From the IMG/VR virus record IMGVR_UViG_3300035208_005701: a stretch of 64,000 bases of DNA. One strand, written 5' to 3'. The stretch comes from a virus (Duplodnaviria; Heunggongvirae; Uroviricota; Caudoviricetes). Each line of letters opens with the position of its first letter. Positions within the stretch are counted from its first letter, which is position 1. Both the position numbers and the translations under genes were made by a program. This document shows, in pieces, positions 1-10,057 of the stretch. The notes beneath the pieces were generated by a model. The model did no database searches and was not told the DNA's origin. It worked only from the letters and a program-made list of their open reading frames with translations.

Positions 1-2267
1 AATCGATTAATCTAGAAACTGGAGAAGTAGCAGAAAAACTTATTACTGATTATTCTAAACACGAAAATATAATAATGTACAAAATTCATGATCCAAAGAA
101 TAGATTTAAAGATTTTCATGTTTCAGAAGATCATAGTTTAATAGTATTCGATCATGAGGATAACAATTACAAAAAAATATCTCCACTTGAAATATTACAA
201 AATGTTTCAATTTATTCATTAGTTCAATGCAAAAATAAGAACAAGAAAAAGATTTCTGTTAAAGAAATAGAAATAAAATTAGATGAAACTATGACTACTG
301 GATATGATTTTACAGTAGTAGATAATTTTACATTTTCTACAGACGACGGGGTATTTGTTCAAGATACTATGGCATTATATACTCCAATTACAAAGGAAGC
401 AATAGAGGAAGTAAAAGAGAAAATGATATTATCTTATAGTCCTCACAGTTTACAAAAATTAGGAGATACATTTAATAAAGATATAGTAGCTGGAATTTAT
501 GTTCTTACTAAAAATCCACAAAAAGAATCAGATCCTGTGTTAATTAAAGATGAAACAGAATTTGAAAAATTGAATCCTAATACATACATAAAAAAAGAAG
601 GAATAAAAACAACAATTGGAAGAATTATATTTAACAGAGTTTTTCCTAAAGGGTATGACTATATTAATGAAGCAGTGAATGGTAAAAAACTTACATCATT
701 TGCTATGGACATTTTTAAGAATTACAATAAAGAAATTTACATGAAGTGGTGTAAGGATATTTTGACATTGTCTACTAAATACTTTACAATAATGGCTCCA
801 TCATTCTCTTTATCAGATTTAGAAATACCACCTCATGTATACAAATTAAAGGAAAAATTAAAATCTGTAAAAAATTCAGAAGAAGCAGATTTAATTTTAA
901 GACAAATTGAAAAAGAGATGTATGAATATTTAGTTAATACAAACAGCAATTTAGGAGTATTAGGTGAAGCAGGTGCTATTAAAAGTATATCACAGGTGAG
1001 ACAAATATTAGTAGCTAAAGGAATAATATCTGATAGCGAAGGAAAAACAGTAATGCCTCCTATATCTGATAGTTATTCTGATGGTTTATCAAGTAAGGAA
1101 TTTTTCTACAGTGGTATAGGTTCTAGAAAAGGTATTATTGATAGAGTTATTAATACATCAGAGACTGGATATATTTCAAGACAATTAGTATATGCTTTAC
1201 AAAGAGTTGAAGCAAGTAGAAAAGTAAAAGATTGCGGTACTAAAAAAACAATTACTTTAAGAATAAATGATGATATAGCTAAAAGGATATATGGAAGATA
1301 TATAATAAATGAAAGAACTAACAAAGTTGAACCATTTGATTCTAAAATTCATAAAAATGAAATAATCAAATTAAGAAGTCCATTATTTTGCAAGAGTGAA
1401 AAAATCTGTCATATTTGCTACGGAGATCTTTTATATCAAAACAAAACAGATTATGTTGGAATTTTAGCAGGTCATTTATTAGGTGAACCTTTATCTCAAA
1501 CTATTATGAAAAGTTTTCATTTAGGTGGAAGTATAAAAATGAAAACAACAAATTTCATAAAACAAGTCAGTCATATATTACATAAAAAAGAAGAAATAAT
1601 AGTTAATAAATCTTTTGAACAAAAAGGATCATCAATATATGCTAAAACTGATGGAATAATAGATATAGACATGAGTTATTATTTAGAACCAAAAAAAGAT
1701 GTTATTGTAAAAAGTGATGTAATTGAATTAAAATATGGATATTTTATGATATCTTTATCTGATATTGATTTAGATATTACATTGGATACAATAGTAAATG
1801 TTCCTTTAAAAGATAAAATAGTAACAGATAAGAATAATGGAAAAATTACAATTCAATTTAAAAAAGATGATTTGATTCTTAATTTACCACCAGTACCAGA
1901 AACTTTTTCAGAACAAGTAAAAATTATTAGAAGCTTATTAAATGGAAAACAACCATGGAAATCAGCAGAGCATTTTCTAATGAAGTTATATGATGTATAT
2001 AGAGAAATAGCTGGAGGAATTGATCTTGTACATATTGAAATTTTAGCTAGTAATTTATTAAGAGATAAAGGTAATCCATCATATCCAGCAAGATTGAATC
2101 AAAATTATCATGGGATGGTTGGGAATTTAAAGAATATTCCAGCATTGGAGTCATGGTTACAGTCTTTGAATTTTGAAAATATTAATAAATCTATAATGCA
2201 AGGTTTAGTTTATAATAGACCAGAACAAGAAACTATTCTAGAAGAAATAGTTTCTGGAAATCTATAA
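1..2267 (+). CDS. Multisubunit RNA polymerase beta'-like subunit, set 1 (5'-partial; the reading frame is open to the window start, and the listed ATG at 75 is probably internal)
   Basis: Bridge-helix-like GYISRQLVYALQ, then CxxC and trigger-loop-like GEPLSQTIMKSFHLGG, in the same order as in the paralog at 59799..62534 (SGYLTRKLVY ... RTFHIGG). No in-frame stop between nt 3 and 75. Confidence 0.7.
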   Translation, partial: SINLETGEVAEKLITDYSKHENIIMYKIHDPKNRFKDFHVSEDHSLIVFDHEDNNYKKISPLEILQNVSIYSLVQCKNKNKKKISVKEIEIKLDETMTTGYDFTVVDNFTFSTDDGVFVQDTMALYTPITKEAIEEVKEKMILSYSPHSLQKLGDTFNKDIVAGIYVLTKNPQKESDPVLIKDETEFEKLNPNTYIKKEGIKTTIGRIIFNRVFPKGYDYINEAVNGKKLTSFAMDIFKNYNKEIYMKWCKDILTLSTKYFTIMAPSFSLSDLEIPPHVYKLKEKLKSVKNSEEADLILRQIEKEMYEYLVNTNSNLGVLGEAGAIKSISQVRQILVAKGIISDSEGKTVMPPISDSYSDGLSSKEFFYSGIGSRKGIIDRVINTSETGYISRQLVYALQRVEASRKVKDCGTKKTITLRINDDIAKRIYGRYIINERTNKVEPFDSKIHKNEIIKLRSPLFCKSEKICHICYGDLLYQNKTDYVGILAGHLLGEPLSQTIMKSFHLGGSIKMKTTNFIKQVSHILHKKEEIIVNKSFEQKGSSIYAKTDGIIDIDMSYYLEPKKDVIVKSDVIELKYGYFMISLSDIDLDITLDTIVNVPLKDKIVTDKNNGKITIQFKKDDLILNLPPVPETFSEQVKIIRSLLNGKQPWKSAEHFLMKLYDVYREIAGGIDLVHIEILASNLLRDKGNPSYPARLNQNYHGMVGNLKNIPALESWLQSLNFENINKSIMQGLVYNRPEQETILEEIVSGNL

Positions 2268-2276
2268 GGATAATAT

Positions 2277-2522
2277 ATGAAATTAACAGATGTTTCTAGT
2301 GAATCATTAGAGAAATTAACTAATGTTATTTTAACTAATTTACATTTCAAGATACATCAAATATGGGCACATAGAAAAAGAAAAAATATAAATATACCTT
2401 TATTAAAAACGTGTCATGATATGATTAAAAGAGAAATGGAAAAAAGAAATTTGAATCATAATCCATTATCATTAAGAAAAAACTTAAATAAACTTTATAT
2501 TTACAATGAGGACATTGATTAA
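2277..2522 (+). CDS. Hypothetical small basic protein (81 aa) between the RNAP genes
   Basis: ORF with ATGA-type junction to the downstream gene; no recognisable motif. Confidence 0.35.
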   Translation: MKLTDVSSESLEKLTNVILTNLHFKIHQIWAHRKRKNINIPLLKTCHDMIKREMEKRNLNHNPLSLRKNLNKLYIYNEDID

Positions 2523-5500
2523 TGATACCACTAAACAAATTAAGATTATTCCCATTTCGTACTAAAAGTATAGCATTGGATACATTAAAAGGATTAGATA
2601 ATTATAACATATTTTTTCAACCAGAAAATTCTTTTTTTATAGATACTTATCCTTTTCTTAATATTCAAAAACGATTTATTAGGAAAGCTACTATAGTTCC
2701 AAGTGTGTTACCAAAGATGATTATCAGTAGTAAAACATTTATTGATTCTTTTAAAGGTACAGGATTGATTCCAATAAGGAAAACTACTGATTTAAAGAAT
2801 AATGTTTTTATAGATGGAACTCCGTTTTTTAAATTACTAGAAGATAAATTTGGAGCTGGTTCATATAGACGTCCATTTATGTTTGGAAGAGTTTTAAATT
2901 ATTATCAAATTATCAAAGAATTGGATTCAGATAGAAAGAATGTATTATTATATTATTTAGATTCAACTAAAGAATTTCCAAATTCATTAGTAGCTAGACG
3001 AATATTTCCACTCTTGTATTATATTTATAAAAATAAAACTGTTCCATTTTTTGATTATATTTTATTTGCTAATAAAACTATGGATGGTGAAATTACTTAT
3101 TCATTATTGAGTAGTCCTGATCAAGCAGTAAATATTTCTAGAATTTGGAGTTTATTTAAATCCCTCCAGAGTCCAACAATAGAGGAAAAGGATACATATA
3201 AAGAAGATATGGTTCACAAAGCCTCACAAACTTTAACTCAAAATATATCAGAGCCTCAAGATAACTCACAATTGATTCTCAATTCAGAGCAAGTTATTAA
3301 AGGATTTTTAAAGGATCAAAATGTCAATGTGCCTGAACAAGTAAATATTTCATCTGATAAAAGTTTACCTGTAGCAGTATCAGCAATAATATCTGGATTT
3401 ACTGGAAATAGTAATAAAGCTATTCAATATACTTCACAAGTTCCAGTTCAAGAATTACCTTCATTAATTAGACGATTGAAACAAGATATTTTACCAGAGA
3501 TAGTAGTTTCTACTAAATATAAAAACAAAAGTAGAGATATTGTATTTAGAGATGCAAAGATTCATGAAGTTAATAATAAAGAACCAAGTAAATTAATTAA
3601 TAAAAGATTTAGTGATTTTAATATTACATTTGAAAAGGATTTAAAGAATTCATTTGACTTGTTGAAAAATTCTAGATTTCCATTAACTCTTACAAAATTT
3701 ACAAAGGCAGATGTTCCTGTTGAAAATGGTGATTTGGAACCAAGTGATTTAGTTAGTTATTTTTTTACTTTAAAAGATGATTTAGGACATGATCATTCAA
3801 TTGAAATAGATATTCCAAAGATTAGTGATAATGGAACTTTTTTAATTAATGGTAAAAGAAAGTTTTTAATTTATCAAATAGTTATTGATCCAATTTATTT
3901 TATTAAACCTGGTCAAGCAAAATTGGAAACATTATATACAGCAATTTCTATTCATCATAAAAAAACAATTCATAAATCTTATTATGAAATTTATATGGCT
4001 GGATATGAATTACCTTTATTTCTACTATTATCCTATTTTATCGGTTTTGACGGATTAATGAAACTGTTTAATATTAGGTACAAGATAACAACAGATCAAC
4101 CGCCACAAGGTACTGTTTATGTCGTTTTATCGGATGGTGCATATATATGGATAGATCATAATAATGATGAAGCATCTATTAGATTAATAAATTCATTTTT
4201 TGAAATTAAACATAACTTTACTAAAACTTCTATTTTATCAAAACAAGAATGGCAATCAGCTATAGTATCTTATACAAGAACAAGAAATAGTATATTTAAA
4301 ATTGATAAAGTTATTATGAATATTATGGAACCTGTAGCTGTTCAAATTTTAAAAAGTAAAATGGAACCAACTACTTTACAAGATTGCATTTATTATATTT
4401 GTAAAGAATTAGCAACAGGTAGAGTGGATAAAAGAAATGATTTAGGAAATCAAAGAATAAGAAGTTCTGAGGTTTTTGTTTATCAAATTCAAAAATTAAT
4501 TTTAGCAGCATATACTAATTATGAATTTCAAAGAGGAGTTGGAGATAAGAATGCAACTTTTATATGTGAAACTAAAAAAGTAGTATCTGATATTGTAAAT
4601 TCTGAACTTGTTAGAGATCTTGAAAATATTAATCCAGTAGAAGAACTTTCATGTCTTACAAGAATTACTCCTGTAGGAGCTGGAGGTATTCCAGATGATA
4701 GAGCTTTAACAAACAAAGATAGAGGATTGCATGAATCGTATTATGGAAATATAGATCCGATGGATACTCCAGAAGGTGGAAATGTTGGATTAATAAATCA
4801 ATTAAGTATTTCTGCATCTGTATCTAATGCAAGAGGCACTTTTGGAACAAGCAAAGATGAAGATGAACGGGCTGGATCATTAAGTCCTTCTTCAGTTTTT
4901 ATTCCATATGTAGGATCATGTGATGGAAACAGAGTTATGTTTTCTTGCAGTCAAAGTAAACAAACAATACCAATAAATGGGAAGGAACAACCACTTGTTC
5001 AATCTGGTTATGAAACAAGTTTAACTCCTTTGTTAAGTGAATCATTTGTTAAGAAATCGCCAGTAGATGGAGTTATTATTAAACAAACAGATGCAACAAT
5101 AACTATTAAATCTGATTCAGGGAAAAATTATAAAGTTCCATTGGAATCCAAAGTTCTTATTTCTAGACAAGGTCAAGATTCATTAAATATATTCAAATCT
5201 ATTTATTCAGAAGGTACAAAGGTAGAGAAAGATCAAATAGTAGCAGAAGGAAAATATTTAGATAATGGTGTAATATGTTTAGGAACTAATTTGCTTACAG
5301 CTATAATGGGATGGAAAGGTTTTTCTTATGAAGATGGTTATGTAATTTCTGATAGAATAGCAAAACAAAAATTGACATCTGAATCATATGATGAAATAGT
5401 AATGGATCTAGATAAAGATGATATAATTAAGTTTGTAGCAGAAGAAGGAAAAATGACTCAAAAGGGTGAACCTTTAATAATAAGAAGTTCTAGTAAAATA

Positions 5501-6634
5501 GAAACTTTAGCTGGAGTAGAAGAAGATGAATTAGTTGAAGGACAAATTATTAAAAAATCACCTGGTGGTAAAATAATAGAAATTCAAATTTATCCAAATA
5601 TAAATATTAAACGTTTTCCTGTTTTAATAACTCCATTTTTAAAATTTAAAGCTAAGTATGAAGAGGTGAAAGGTTCTTTTCCTGAGAAATTTTTATTTAA
5701 TGTAGGTGGAGAAAAAATTCAATTTTCTGGAATTAGAATAGTTTTCAAATTAGAAAGATATGAAGAATGTGTAATTGGTGATAAAATAGCAAATATGCAC
5801 GGAGGTAAAGGTGTCATTGCTTACATTGAAAAAGAAGAAAATATGCCTCGTACTCCATTTGGTGAACATATTCAAGTAATTCTCAATCCTTTATCTTTAA
5901 TTAACAGAATGAATCCAAGTACATTGTATGAGATGTATACTGGATTAATTGCCAAATTTTTAGCATATCAGATAGTTTCATTAGATAGAACTAAATCAAT
6001 GAAATTAATTTCTCAAGTTTATAAAATCTTAGATCGAACAATAGATAAAAAGTTATCAACATCAATAATAAATAAATTTTTATCATTAAGTAATAATCAG
6101 TGGTTGCAATACATTGAAAATATTAGAACTAGAAATTATATTCTTCCTATAATAATTCCACCATTCCAAGCTCCATCTAAAAATGAAATATTGAAAGCAT
6201 TAGAGATAGTCGGAGCTGCACCAGAATATTATTTAACTTTACCTGAATATGGAATTAAAACATTTAATAAAGTAGCATGTGGATATATGTACTTCAAAAA
6301 GCTTGAAATGCAAAGTGAAGGAAAATTGACAGCTAGAAGTACAGGTAGATATCAAGAAAAAACATTACAACCAGTAGCTGGAAAAAAATCTGGTGGAGGA
6401 CAAAGAGTCGGAGAATTTGATACTTGGGCATTTGCTGGTCATGGAGCAGTAAATACTCTTAGAGAATTTTTTGGACCACTCAGTGATGATCAATCAACAA
6501 AAGATCAAATAATATATGATATAATTCAAACAGGGTCGGCTCATTACAGAGAACCAAAAACTTCACCTACAAGAAATATGTTAGAAATTTATATTAGAGG
6601 AATGATGCTTAATACAAGTTTGCATAATAAATAA
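2522..6634 (+). CDS. Multisubunit RNA polymerase beta-like subunit, set 1 (1370 aa, apparently unsplit)
   Basis: RITPVGAGGIPDDRALTNKDRGLHESYYGNIDPMDTPEGGNVGLINQL matches the RpoB ...GPGGL...HPTHYGR.CPIETPEGPNIGLIN block. C-terminal GGGQRVGEFDTWAFAGHGAVNTLRE matches RpoB GGQRFGEME.WALEAYGAA. Confidence 0.8.
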   Translation: MIPLNKLRLFPFRTKSIALDTLKGLDNYNIFFQPENSFFIDTYPFLNIQKRFIRKATIVPSVLPKMIISSKTFIDSFKGTGLIPIRKTTDLKNNVFIDGTPFFKLLEDKFGAGSYRRPFMFGRVLNYYQIIKELDSDRKNVLLYYLDSTKEFPNSLVARRIFPLLYYIYKNKTVPFFDYILFANKTMDGEITYSLLSSPDQAVNISRIWSLFKSLQSPTIEEKDTYKEDMVHKASQTLTQNISEPQDNSQLILNSEQVIKGFLKDQNVNVPEQVNISSDKSLPVAVSAIISGFTGNSNKAIQYTSQVPVQELPSLIRRLKQDILPEIVVSTKYKNKSRDIVFRDAKIHEVNNKEPSKLINKRFSDFNITFEKDLKNSFDLLKNSRFPLTLTKFTKADVPVENGDLEPSDLVSYFFTLKDDLGHDHSIEIDIPKISDNGTFLINGKRKFLIYQIVIDPIYFIKPGQAKLETLYTAISIHHKKTIHKSYYEIYMAGYELPLFLLLSYFIGFDGLMKLFNIRYKITTDQPPQGTVYVVLSDGAYIWIDHNNDEASIRLINSFFEIKHNFTKTSILSKQEWQSAIVSYTRTRNSIFKIDKVIMNIMEPVAVQILKSKMEPTTLQDCIYYICKELATGRVDKRNDLGNQRIRSSEVFVYQIQKLILAAYTNYEFQRGVGDKNATFICETKKVVSDIVNSELVRDLENINPVEELSCLTRITPVGAGGIPDDRALTNKDRGLHESYYGNIDPMDTPEGGNVGLINQLSISASVSNARGTFGTSKDEDERAGSLSPSSVFIPYVGSCDGNRVMFSCSQSKQTIPINGKEQPLVQSGYETSLTPLLSESFVKKSPVDGVIIKQTDATITIKSDSGKNYKVPLESKVLISRQGQDSLNIFKSIYSEGTKVEKDQIVAEGKYLDNGVICLGTNLLTAIMGWKGFSYEDGYVISDRIAKQKLTSESYDEIVMDLDKDDIIKFVAEEGKMTQKGEPLIIRSSSKIETLAGVEEDELVEGQIIKKSPGGKIIEIQIYPNINIKRFPVLITPFLKFKAKYEEVKGSFPEKFLFNVGGEKIQFSGIRIVFKLERYEECVIGDKIANMHGGKGVIAYIEKEENMPRTPFGEHIQVILNPLSLINRMNPSTLYEMYTGLIAKFLAYQIVSLDRTKSMKLISQVYKILDRTIDKKLSTSIINKFLSLSNNQWLQYIENIRTRNYILPIIIPPFQAPSKNEILKALEIVGAAPEYYLTLPEYGIKTFNKVACGYMYFKKLEMQSEGKLTARSTGRYQEKTLQPVAGKKSGGGQRVGEFDTWAFAGHGAVNTLREFFGPLSDDQSTKDQIIYDIIQTGSAHYREPKTSPTRNMLEIYIRGMMLNTSLHNK

Positions 6635-6642
6635 GGATAAAT

Positions 6643-7248
6643 ATGAAAACTAATGATTTAGATTTATACATTTCAGATATATATGATCCATGGGGTGAAG
6701 AATCAATAAGTCAACAAGATATTATTGAAAATTCTTTTTTCTTTTATCAAATAGATAATATAATTGATTCTATAGGAACAAAAGATAGTCATCATAATAT
6801 AGATTTATTTTTTAATGAATTTTATAATAAATTAGATGACAATTCAAAAATAAGATTTATATGTGATTGCTACAATAAACTAGAAACAGAATACAAATTA
6901 GAAGTTATTAGAACCGATGTGTTACTATATGTTATATTAGAACAAATAGAAAAGTATATTTTACCATTGCTTTTTTTCTTTGAAAAGAATGAATGTATTG
7001 AAATGTTTGCTAATAATTTTTCTTATGTTGATATTTCAGTACTAAGGAATTTTGAACTATTCAATAAATATATAGAATTAAATTATAATGATTTTTTAAA
7101 TGAACTTAATAAAAACGAAACTATTCCATTATTGATCAGAAAATTTTTTAATTATTCTGATTTATCTAATGCTATTTTAATTTTGTGGAAAATTATAAAT
7201 AAAGATATAATTGGAATTAATTCACTACAAATACAAAAAGGAGTATAA
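6643..7248 (+). CDS. Hypothetical protein (201 aa)
   Basis: ORF tightly packed after the RNAP beta gene; no motif recognised. Confidence 0.45.
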   Translation: MKTNDLDLYISDIYDPWGEESISQQDIIENSFFFYQIDNIIDSIGTKDSHHNIDLFFNEFYNKLDDNSKIRFICDCYNKLETEYKLEVIRTDVLLYVILEQIEKYILPLLFFFEKNECIEMFANNFSYVDISVLRNFELFNKYIELNYNDFLNELNKNETIPLLIRKFFNYSDLSNAILILWKIINKDIIGINSLQIQKGV

Positions 7249-7249
7249 A

Positions 7250-7489
7250 ATGATAACGATAAAAAAGGGTAAATTGAGTTTAACTTTACCAAATGAGTAT
7301 ATAGCTTCATCACAAGAAACTACTGATGGAATGTATGTTAAATTTAGCGACGGAAGTGAAATTTTTTTAAGAAATATTGCGGTAGGACTTAATCAGATTA
7401 AATCTGCAGCAATGATTCTTTTTAATTCTAAGGCTTCAAATATAGTTATAGATTTAAATAATTCGACCAATCCTGTTTCATTATCTTAA
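7250..7489 (+). CDS. Hypothetical protein (79 aa). Start moved to the ATG after AAAGGAG, and the track start at 7211 overlaps the upstream gene
   Basis: aaaggagtataaa-ATG at 7250 (MITIKKGK...). Confidence 0.4.
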   Translation: MITIKKGKLSLTLPNEYIASSQETTDGMYVKFSDGSEIFLRNIAVGLNQIKSAAMILFNSKASNIVIDLNNSTNPVSLS

Positions 7490-7508
7490 TTTAATAGGCT
7501 TTGAATAG

Positions 7509-7526
7509 ATATATAGATCTATATAT
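7509..7526. repeat. Perfect 18-bp palindrome atatat-agatct-atatat in the intergenic region upstream of the 7616 gene
   Basis: Read directly: 7509-7514 atatat, 7515-7520 agatct, 7521-7526 atatat. Low complexity, but it sits in a 120-bp non-coding gap. Confidence 0.5.
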
Positions 7527-7615
7527 ATTTATACTTAGTAGTACTAAACTTTGTCTTGTGAGTTTTTAAGGAAGTTTTATAAGATTTTTTTTAAAACATG
7601 TTATGAAGGAGGAGA

Positions 7616-8582
7616 GATGAGAGTAAATGCTGATGATTATAAAGATTTAGGAAATTTTGATATTCCTAATGTAACTAGAAACACGTTCATGCCTGTATTT
7701 ATTACTGGAGAAAATAGACCTGGACAAGAGTATGGTAAACTACAGATTGGTGATTTAAGTAAACAACTATTTCAGAATAATTTGACTAAAGTATATTTTA
7801 TTCCACTATTTATAAAACAAATTTGGTCAAAAACAATAACTGAGAAAAATGATAAAAAAGAAGATTATGATAAACTTGTAGATTTTAGTTGGGACAATAA
7901 AGTTAAACCAAAACCAATTAATGATCCAGATTGTAAATATTCATATATTGTTGCTGGGTTATTTATAGATGAAAATACAAAGAAAAAAGTACCACATCCA
8001 TATATTGAAGACAAATATGCTGTTATATATTTTAATTGTAAAGGAACTAAAGTTGGATCCATTTTAGATTTTAATAAGTTGTTAGATACAACGATCAATG
8101 AATATATGTCAAGATCTGATTATAAAGCTCTTACAGCTGATGATAAAGGATCTTTTGATTATGACAGAGAAAAGATACTATGTGGATATAGAAGATTAAT
8201 TTGTAGTGCCGATGTAGCTTATGCGGATACAAATTTTGGAAAGAAGCATATTTTTAAATTTTCAGTGATCAAAGAAAAGACTCCGGATGGTAAAGGAGAA
8301 AGAAGTAAAGTATTAGATTCTGAAGATAGTAAAACAATATTGGATTTATGTAAAAATATTCAGAAAGATTTTACTAAGCAGTTCGATAGAACTCCTATGA
8401 TCAATAAGAATTTAAGTCAACCAGTAGTTACAACTGTATCGAATATAGAATTTGCTGATAATGTTAATAAGAATGATTCTTCAATACATGCTACTACTAA
8501 ACCAGTAAAAAATCCTGAACCGAAAGTAACTTCTCCAGCATCATCTAGTGATGATGCTTTTGATTTGGATTTAAGCTTATGA
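7616..8582 (+). CDS. Hypothetical protein with an acidic C-terminus (start at the ATG after AGGAGGAGAG, and the track ORF begins at 7551)
   Basis: RBS aggaggagag then ATG (MRVNADDYK...). The stop TGA overlaps the next start (ATGA). Confidence 0.45.
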
Positions 8583-9589
8583 TTGATAAAATAAACATTG
8601 CCAATTTATTGTTGACTAGAAGATGCAATTTATCTTGTAACTATTGTAGAATAGTGAAAGATATACCAGAAGTGTCAGAATATCCGTTAATGAACCATTA
8701 TAAAGAAAATGAATTATCCTCTGATAAATGGATAGAAATTATTTCTAGATTGAAGAAAAACAATCCAAATATTTTCTTAGTAATTTATGGAGGAGAACCT
8801 TTTTTATATAATGGATTAAGCGATGTAATAAATTATTGCCATTCTAATTCTGTTTATTATACAGTTATTAGTAATAATACAGACGGAATTCAAAAAAGAA
8901 TAGAAAAAGTTAGACAAGAAATTGGCGGTGTTTTTAAAGGGTTTACATCATCTGTAGACCCTTTAATTTTTTCTTCTTCTAATCAAACTTCAGATGAAGC
9001 AGAAAAAAGTTATAAAGGTTTTAATAGATTATTAGAAATGAAAAAAAGTGGAAAAGCAGAAGATGTAGTTGCTGAAATTACAGTTACTAAATATAGTATT
9101 CAATATTTATATCAATTAATTAGAACATTATCTGATAATGGAATATATTCATCAGTTACTGTTATTGATAAACAAAAAACTAAATATTATGATTTTTCTA
9201 CTGTTGATGATGAAGATTTATTAGTTCAAAAAAATAATGGTGTTAGAAACGAATTTGATAAAATTCAAAAAGATGATTCTTTATTAATTCATATTCCAAA
9301 AATGTTAGATCAAATGTATGATGATTTACCATATAATATGAAATGTACTTTAAAAGAAAATGTGCATAACGTCACAATAGATGCAGATGGAAGTTTCAGA
9401 TTATGTTTAAGAATTAGAGGTGTAGATATTCCCAAAGTAAAATTAGATAATATTATAGATGTAAATGGGAATATTCAAAAGGAAGTTAAAGAATCTATTA
9501 ATAAAGATTACGATAATTATTGTCGTAATTGCTTATGGACATGTATGTATTTTTCAGATAAATTTAGTGATAATATTTTAAATCACTAA
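8579..9589 (+). CDS. Radical SAM enzyme with a C-terminal Cys-rich (SPASM/twitch-like) region
   Basis: RRCNLSCNYCRI (Cx3Cx2C) near the N-terminus, GGEPFL SAM-binding motif, and C-terminal cysteines (CLRIRG...CRNCLWTC). Confidence 0.7.
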   Translation: MIDKINIANLLLTRRCNLSCNYCRIVKDIPEVSEYPLMNHYKENELSSDKWIEIISRLKKNNPNIFLVIYGGEPFLYNGLSDVINYCHSNSVYYTVISNNTDGIQKRIEKVRQEIGGVFKGFTSSVDPLIFSSSNQTSDEAEKSYKGFNRLLEMKKSGKAEDVVAEITVTKYSIQYLYQLIRTLSDNGIYSSVTVIDKQKTKYYDFSTVDDEDLLVQKNNGVRNEFDKIQKDDSLLIHIPKMLDQMYDDLPYNMKCTLKENVHNVTIDADGSFRLCLRIRGVDIPKVKLDNIIDVNGNIQKEVKESINKDYDNYCRNCLWTCMYFSDKFSDNILNH

Positions 9590-9610
9590 AAAAGAAAAAG
9601 GAGTTTAAAG

Positions 9611-9913
9611 ATGAAATGGAAATTACCTAAAATTGGAGATGTTAGAATAGTTAATAAATTTCTTTGGAAGCCTTTAGAGATCAATGGAGAAAAAAGATGG
9701 TTTGAAAAAGTAAAAATACAACAAATTTTTACTAAAGAAATATTTGAACCAAGTAATAAGTATTTAAAAGATGATCCTGAAGCTAGATTTTCTCCGCATA
9801 GTTTTTATATTCATGGAGAGTTTAGATGGATAGATGTAAAATTTATCGATTCAGTAATACAAGATGGAGAAATATATAACAATGAAATGGCAAGTACAAA
9901 AATTAAAAAATGA
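9611..9913 (+). CDS. Hypothetical protein, first of two tandem paralogs (MKWK...KFLWKPLEINGEKRWFEKVKIQQIF)
   Basis: Shares the ...KFL..PLE(I/L)NGEKRW(F/L)E.VKI.QIF block with the next ORF. Confidence 0.4.
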   Translation: MKWKLPKIGDVRIVNKFLWKPLEINGEKRWFEKVKIQQIFTKEIFEPSNKYLKDDPEARFSPHSFYIHGEFRWIDVKFIDSVIQDGEIYNNEMASTKIKK

Positions 9914-10052
9914 AAATGAAAGAATTATAACTAAATTTTTAATATTTCCATTGGAGCTAAATGGAGAAAAAAGATGGTTAGAATTTGTAAAAATAAAACA
10001 AATATTTTTTAAAGGTAACTGGTTAAATACTGAATTTTCAGAACGGAGTTAA
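9885..10052 (+). CDS. Hypothetical small protein, second tandem paralog (start moved to ATGAAATGG giving MKWQVQ...; overlaps the upstream paralog in another frame)
   Basis: N-terminus MKW matches paralog 1; conserved block ITKFLIFPLELNGEKRWLEFVKIKQIF. Confidence 0.35.
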   Translation, partial: KWQVQKLKNENERIITKFLIFPLELNGEKRWLEFVKIKQIFFKGNWLNTEFSERS

Positions 10053-10057
10053 TTTAA

